From positions 1-41,163 of the IMG/VR virus record IMGVR_UViG_3300034357_000409: a DNA stretch of 41,163 bases. One strand, 5' to 3'. The translations under genes and the position numbers were made by a program. Under the pieces are notes generated by a model. The model was not told the origin of the DNA and made no database searches. It saw only the letters and a list, made by a program, of their open reading frames with translations. Within the stretch, counting starts at the first letter, position 1. Every line of letters starts with the position of its first letter. This DNA is from a virus (Duplodnaviria > Caudoviricetes). Positions 36,431 to 41,163 of the stretch are shown here, piece by piece.

Positions 36431-36462
36431 AAAATAAAAAATCACGACCTAAGTCGTGATTT
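36431..36462 (-). terminator. Rho-independent terminator after nrdA
   Basis: 10-bp stem AAATCACGAC/GTCGTGATTT (36439-36448/36453-36462) with a 4-nt loop, followed on the minus strand by TTTATTTT. Confidence 0.85.
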
Positions 36463-36471
36463 ATATTCTTA

Positions 36472-38886
36472 CTAAGAACCACATCCAAAACATTCAAATT
36501 CTGTATCGTTTGGTTTTTCTGTTAATTCAACCTTTGGTTTTTCAATTGGTTTTGATTGACCCACCTTTGAGATATCCACCGCCAAATGTTTAGCCCCGGT
36601 TGATATCGCCTTTGTTCTAACATAATAACAAAGAGTTTTTAATCCTTTTCCCCAAGAATGGAAGTGTGATGATGAAATCTTTGATAATGTTGGGTTTGAC
36701 ATATAGATATTCATTGATTGTGATTGGTCGATGAATGGTGCTCTGTCTGCCGCCATATCAATTAATTCTCTTTGAGATATCTCCCAAATTGTTTTGTATT
36801 TTGGAATTAAATGTTCAATTCTTTTAACTTTTTTATTGTAATTTTTATCTTCTTGGTCTAAATAATTATTAAAGTTAATATTCTGAATTGACCCTTCATT
36901 CATAATGATTTCATTTTTCAAATCTTCAGACCAAATACCAATTTTTTCAAAATCATTAATTAAGTATTTGTTAACAATTAAGATTTCTCCACCAACCACA
37001 CGACGATTAAATAATGCCGAGTGAGCCGGTTCCGTCATTTCAAATGAACCTGTAATTTTAGCAGAAGAAGCAACTGGCATCTGAGCCGTAAATAAAGAGT
37101 TACAAACCCCGTGATTGGACACTTCTAATTTAAGTGAGTCCCAATCCCACATTCTACCTAATCCTTCGTAATCTAATTCCCACATATCAAATTGGAATAT
37201 TCCTTTTGACATTGGTGACCCTTTAAAAAAGTCATATGGTTTGTATTCACCTGATTTACATAATTCCATACTCTCAGTGATTGCAGCAAAATAAATTGTT
37301 TCAAAGATTTCTTTGTTTAATTGTTTTGCCTCTTCAGATGTGAAAAGATAATCCATTAAGAAAAATACGTCAGCAAGACCTTGAGTTCCAATAGCAATTG
37401 CTCTTTGTTCTAAACCACCTTTTCTACCTTGTTCGGTTGAATAACTATTAATATCAACAACTTTGTTAAGTGCTCTAACAACCTTTCTAACTTCACTGTA
37501 AAGTAATTTGAAGTCAAACTCTCCTTTAACAATAAAGTTTTTCAACACCATAGATGACAACGTACAGATTGCCGTAGTAGTCTCGTCGGTGTATTGGTAA
37601 ATCTCATTACACAAGTTAGATTGTTTAATCACCCCGATGTTTTGATGGTTTGTTTTTCTGTTAGCACTATCTTTAGAACATAAGTAAGGAACCCCTGTCT
37701 CAACTTGAGATTCAATAATTTTATTCCAAATTGTTTGAGCTTTTACTTTTTTACCAAGTCCAAATTCAACAGCTTTGTTGTAGTTTGATTCATACTCATC
37801 ACCGTAAGCCTCTTGTAATGGTTTAATACCCGCTTTAACAATATCATTAGGACAGAATAAGTACCAATCACTATTGTTTTTAACCGCATTCATAAAGTTG
37901 TCCGGTAACCATATTGAGGTAAATAAATCTTTTGCTCTCAACTCTTCAGCACCCGTATTCTTTTTGATTTCAAGTAAATCAATAATGTCTTTATGCCAAG
38001 GTTCTATGTAGATAGCAGCACTACCGGGTCTTCTACCTTGTTGATTAAAGAATCTTAATCCTTCGTTAACAATCTTTAGGTATTTTAATAAACCACCTGC
38101 AAATCCACCTGATGAGTTAATACGACTTTCTTTACTACGAATACTAGACATACATAGTCCAATACCAGCAGCATCTGATGAATACGTTGAAATGTCGTTG
38201 AATGTTTGTAATAACCCTTCTCTTGAATCCCCGTGATTGTATTTCAATACACAAGATGCTAGTTGAGGTGTTTTAGTTCCCGCATTAATCATAATCGGTG
38301 TTGCAGGAGATATAAGTTGATTTGATAATGATTGATAATACTCAACCGCTTGTTCAAATGATTTAGTAACCCATAAAGCCACCCTCATATACATATGTTG
38401 AGGTCTTTCAATTACTCTACCTTCCGGAGTTTTTAACAAATACATTTCTGATAATGATTTCCACGCAAAATAATCAAAATTATAATCATTTTCGTGATTT
38501 ATTACCGAATCAATATTTTCAGGACCATATAATTCAATAGTTTCCATTAACTTATCATTAATGATACCATCAACGTGTAATGTGTGCATTGTGTTACAAA
38601 AACTATCATCAGTTTCTTTATGGTATGCGGAAATAGCAACAGAAGATGCCAATCTTGAGTAGTCGTGATGACTTCCTGTATAAGCCGCAGCAATCTCGTA
38701 AACCAATTTATCCAACTCTTTTGTTGTAATAACACCCTCTGTTGGAACCGAAGTAATCACCTTAATGAATACCTCATCAGCATTAACTTTTAATCCTTTT
38801 GAAGCTTGTTTAACTCTATTATATATTTTTTGGGGGTTAAACGATACCTCGTCACCCCCTCTTTTTTTTATTTTTAGTGACATCAT
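36472..38886 (-). CDS. nrdA: Ribonucleoside-diphosphate reductase class Ia, alpha subunit, with ATP cone
   Basis: N-terminal ATP cone, SPATP, ASC, QGRRPG, SNLCNEI, CTL, MPVASS, DQSQS, YYVRT and a C-terminal CxxC (CFGC). Confidence 0.97.
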   Translation of the reverse strand: MMSLKIKKRGGDEVSFNPQKIYNRVKQASKGLKVNADEVFIKVITSVPTEGVITTKELDKLVYEIAAAYTGSHHDYSRLASSVAISAYHKETDDSFCNTMHTLHVDGIINDKLMETIELYGPENIDSVINHENDYNFDYFAWKSLSEMYLLKTPEGRVIERPQHMYMRVALWVTKSFEQAVEYYQSLSNQLISPATPIMINAGTKTPQLASCVLKYNHGDSREGLLQTFNDISTYSSDAAGIGLCMSSIRSKESRINSSGGFAGGLLKYLKIVNEGLRFFNQQGRRPGSAAIYIEPWHKDIIDLLEIKKNTGAEELRAKDLFTSIWLPDNFMNAVKNNSDWYLFCPNDIVKAGIKPLQEAYGDEYESNYNKAVEFGLGKKVKAQTIWNKIIESQVETGVPYLCSKDSANRKTNHQNIGVIKQSNLCNEIYQYTDETTTAICTLSSMVLKNFIVKGEFDFKLLYSEVRKVVRALNKVVDINSYSTEQGRKGGLEQRAIAIGTQGLADVFFLMDYLFTSEEAKQLNKEIFETIYFAAITESMELCKSGEYKPYDFFKGSPMSKGIFQFDMWELDYEGLGRMWDWDSLKLEVSNHGVCNSLFTAQMPVASSAKITGSFEMTEPAHSALFNRRVVGGEILIVNKYLINDFEKIGIWSEDLKNEIIMNEGSIQNINFNNYLDQEDKNYNKKVKRIEHLIPKYKTIWEISQRELIDMAADRAPFIDQSQSMNIYMSNPTLSKISSSHFHSWGKGLKTLCYYVRTKAISTGAKHLAVDISKVGQSKPIEKPKVELTEKPNDTEFECFGCGS

Positions 38887-38887
38887 A

Positions 38888-39838
38888 TTAAAAATCCTCT
38901 GTAAATGTTAATGACTCCCCTAATTTAGCTTTCTGATACTCCATAGTTCTTGACTCAAAGAAGTTTCCTTTTGTTTCAACAGCAATTTGTTCCATAAATT
39001 TGAATGGTTGTTCCACATTAAAATGTTTTTTACAACCAAATTTAACTAATAGTCCGTCAGTCACAAATTCAAGATATTGTTTCATCAAGTTTGAATTCAT
39101 ACCAATTAACGATACCGGTAATGACTCAGTAATAAATTCTTTTTCAATCTCTAATGCCGACAATAAGATTTCTTTAATTCTTTTCTCCGTTGGTTTGTTT
39201 TCAACGTGATTGTTAATTAAATGGATTGCAAAATCACAGTGTAAATTCTCATCTTTGAAGATAAGACTATTAGCGTTACATAATCCTTGCATAATTCCTC
39301 TTGATTTCATCCAAAAGATAGAACAGAATGAACCTGAGAAGAAGATACCTTCAACCGCCGCAAACGCAACTAATCTTTCTTGGAAGGAAGCATTCTCAAT
39401 CCAATCAAGAGCCCATTTAGCTTTCTTTTGAACCGCCGGTAATCTATCAATTGCGTGGAAACACTCGTCCTTCTCTTTTTCATCAGATACATAAGTATCA
39501 ATCAATAATGAATACATTAACGAGTGAATGTTCTCCATCATAATTTGAAATCCGTAGAAGAATTTCGCTTCAGCATATTGAACTTCTTTTAAGAAATTCT
39601 CAGCCAAATTTTCATTCACAATACCATCAGACGCCGCAAAAAACGCTAATACATTTTTAAGGAAAAATCTTTCATTATCAGATAGGTTTTCCCAATCTCT
39701 AATATCGTTAGATAAATCCACTTCTTCAGCGGTCCAAAACGCCGCTTGGTGTTGTTTGTAAAACTCCCATATATCATTATGTTCAATTGGGAAGATAACG
39801 AATCTGTCGTTATTTGGTTCTAATATTTTTTCTTTCAT
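38888..39838 (-). CDS. nrdB: Ribonucleoside-diphosphate reductase class Ia, beta subunit
   Basis: Motifs [48 protein letters not shown] and NFFE. Confidence 0.97.
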   Translation of the reverse strand: MKEKILEPNNDRFVIFPIEHNDIWEFYKQHQAAFWTAEEVDLSNDIRDWENLSDNERFFLKNVLAFFAASDGIVNENLAENFLKEVQYAEAKFFYGFQIMMENIHSLMYSLLIDTYVSDEKEKDECFHAIDRLPAVQKKAKWALDWIENASFQERLVAFAAVEGIFFSGSFCSIFWMKSRGIMQGLCNANSLIFKDENLHCDFAIHLINNHVENKPTEKRIKEILLSALEIEKEFITESLPVSLIGMNSNLMKQYLEFVTDGLLVKFGCKKHFNVEQPFKFMEQIAVETKGNFFESRTMEYQKAKLGESLTFTEDF

Positions 39839-39839
39839 A

Positions 39840-41163
39840 TTAATTATTTTGTTGTTGATTTTTTTCTTTTCTTTTATCTAACAAATCTTTGATTCTTTGT
39901 TTATTTCGTTCTTCAGTTTGTTCTTCTAATCCTAAGAATGTTACTGAACTCTCAGTATCAATCTCCAACATACCATTATCAAACTTACAATTTTCAAAGA
40001 CAATACCATCATCACCAATACGTGATTTAGTAATTGCAATCGTAGCTAGTTTCATTTCTTTTTGTTGTAGAGATTTAGCCACGGAAATGATTACGTGTCC
40101 AACCTGTGCTTTTTTGATGGAACCCCCCATTTGGTCGGTAGTTACCACATCCGAAGATATTGAACTTCTATTCCCTTGAGTTGCCGTCCATCCTACTAAA
40201 TCAAGTTCGTGACACATAGCCTCAAACCCTCTCATTACAGAACCCTCAGATTTCCATTCATCTCCCAAGTTTTTATCCGGAACCACACAATCAATGTAGT
40301 CCAATAATACCATATCAATTTTGATTCCTTCTGAAATCATTTTTCTGATTTGGTTTTTAATCTGCATCATCGTTACAGTATCAGATGGAAGTTTTTTAAG
40401 TATTAACTGATTAGACATTGTCTCCTTAACTGTCTTAACTTTTTCCATAACCTCATCCTTTCTTAAAGACAATTCATCCGGATGAATTTTTGTCCATAAT
40501 GTAATGTGTTTACGTTGAATAATCTTTGGGTTATCCTCAAAGAATATTTGTAAAACATTATACCCCAAATTAAATGCGTGATTTGAGATTTTTGTAAGTA
40601 AAGTAGATTTACCTACACCTGTCGGTGCTAAAATAACACCAATTTCACCTTTAGCTAACCCCCCTTTTAAGAGTCTATCTATTCCCGGAATACCCATCGG
40701 TATCGGATGACGATAATCCTCGTTTAAAACATCATCTAAGTTACTAAAAACACTTTCAGTTCCCTTATCGTGTTCCCCAACTTGTAACGCCTTACTAACC
40801 ATTTCCTCTAATGTGTCATAACTCTCAAATTCACCAGTATCGATGATTTTTTGAGCTTTAACCATTACTTTCTGTAACTCCTGTTGTTTACAGAATTTCA
40901 TAGATTTTTCTTGTACAAATTCAGCCCCTTCAAGAGTTGACTCCTTAACTTTTGTAAGGGTATCAATAATGATTTTTGCAGCCAGAGGTTGTTGTATCTC
41001 AGATTTAGTGATTTGTTCTAAGGTGTCAAAGGTTGGTGTATGTTCGTATTTTGTATAATATTCCTTAATCATTTGAATGATTAATTTGAAGTATTTATTC
41101 TCAAAATAACTTGTTTCAATCACATCTATAATTGACCGTGAAAAGTCTTTGTCGATAATGATT
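39840..41163 (-). CDS. DnaB-family replicative helicase (T4 gp41-like); 5' end lies beyond the window
   Basis: Walker [24 protein letters not shown] and KSR motifs. The frame stays open upstream of the GTG at 41123 to the window end (...[14 protein letters not shown]). Confidence 0.93.
   Translation of the reverse strand, partial: IIIDKDFSRSIIDVIETSYFENKYFKLIIQMIKEYYTKYEHTPTFDTLEQITKSEIQQPLAAKIIIDTLTKVKESTLEGAEFVQEKSMKFCKQQELQKVMVKAQKIIDTGEFESYDTLEEMVSKALQVGEHDKGTESVFSNLDDVLNEDYRHPIPMGIPGIDRLLKGGLAKGEIGVILAPTGVGKSTLLTKISNHAFNLGYNVLQIFFEDNPKIIQRKHITLWTKIHPDELSLRKDEVMEKVKTVKETMSNQLILKKLPSDTVTMMQIKNQIRKMISEGIKIDMVLLDYIDCVVPDKNLGDEWKSEGSVMRGFEAMCHELDLVGWTATQGNRSSISSDVVTTDQMGGSIKKAQVGHVIISVAKSLQQKEMKLATIAITKSRIGDDGIVFENCKFDNGMLEIDTESSVTFLGLEEQTEERNKQRIKDLLDKRKEKNQQQNN

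Larger units (their letters stand above)
1..41163. mobile_element. Fragment of a large contractile-tailed (myovirus-like) phage genome, probable Bacteroidota host
   Basis: gp25-like and gp6-like baseplate genes, phage-type primase/helicase, Mre11-like and RuvC-like nucleases and nrdAB are present. Genes abut or overlap (TAATG, ATGA junctions). No host housekeeping genes or integrase in the window. Confidence 0.93.

Noticed and set aside
36469-36474. TAG followed by TAA at the end of nrdA as a sign of stop-codon reassignment
   Set aside because: Genes are intact and densely packed under the standard bacterial code; recoding would fragment ORFs, which is not seen.
36472-41163. Giant eukaryotic virus (NCLDV) origin suggested by eukaryote-like RNR
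   Set aside because: Baseplate gp25/gp6, DnaB-type helicase, DnaG-type primase, coupled operons, intrinsic terminators and bacterial promoters all indicate a bacteriophage.

Overview
This is an AT-rich, gene-dense segment of a large lytic myovirus-like (contractile-tailed) bacteriophage genome. The host is most likely a member of the Bacteroidota (Flavobacteriales-like), judged from TTTG-N19-TAnnTTTG promoters, the apparent absence of Shine-Dalgarno sites, SprB and Fib_succ_major domains, and a eukaryote/Bacteroidota-type class Ia RNR. Layout: (i) 1-5536, minus strand: replication/recombination genes (primase, PD-(D/E)XK nuclease, Mre11/SbcD-like nuclease) and small hypotheticals; (ii) 5625-17422, plus strand: Cys-rich, Pro/Thr-linker, Ig/SprB-like putative virion appendage genes ending in a RuvC-like resolvase; (iii) 17456-36387, minus strand: baseplate block (gp25-like, gp6-like, a 1894-aa protein with an internal hydrophobic segment, a gp7/gpI-like wedge, a 7x SprB-repeat protein); (iv) nrdA, nrdB and a DnaB-like helicase running off the right end. 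The most unusual aspect is the modular appendage locus. A small kit of domains (Ig-like starter domain, 4-Cys module, SprB repeat, shared terminal domain, circularly permuted Fib_succ_major domain) is reused across genes. An exact 41-bp in-frame repeat is shared between the linkers of two neighbouring genes. A [ST]-[GA]-x-T motif and terminal cysteines are pervasive in the virion proteins, and a TATTTAT[A/T/G] motif precedes putative late genes. No tRNA, CRISPR array, integrase, reverse transcriptase or alternative genetic code was seen. All family assignments come from motif recognition by eye, not database searches.
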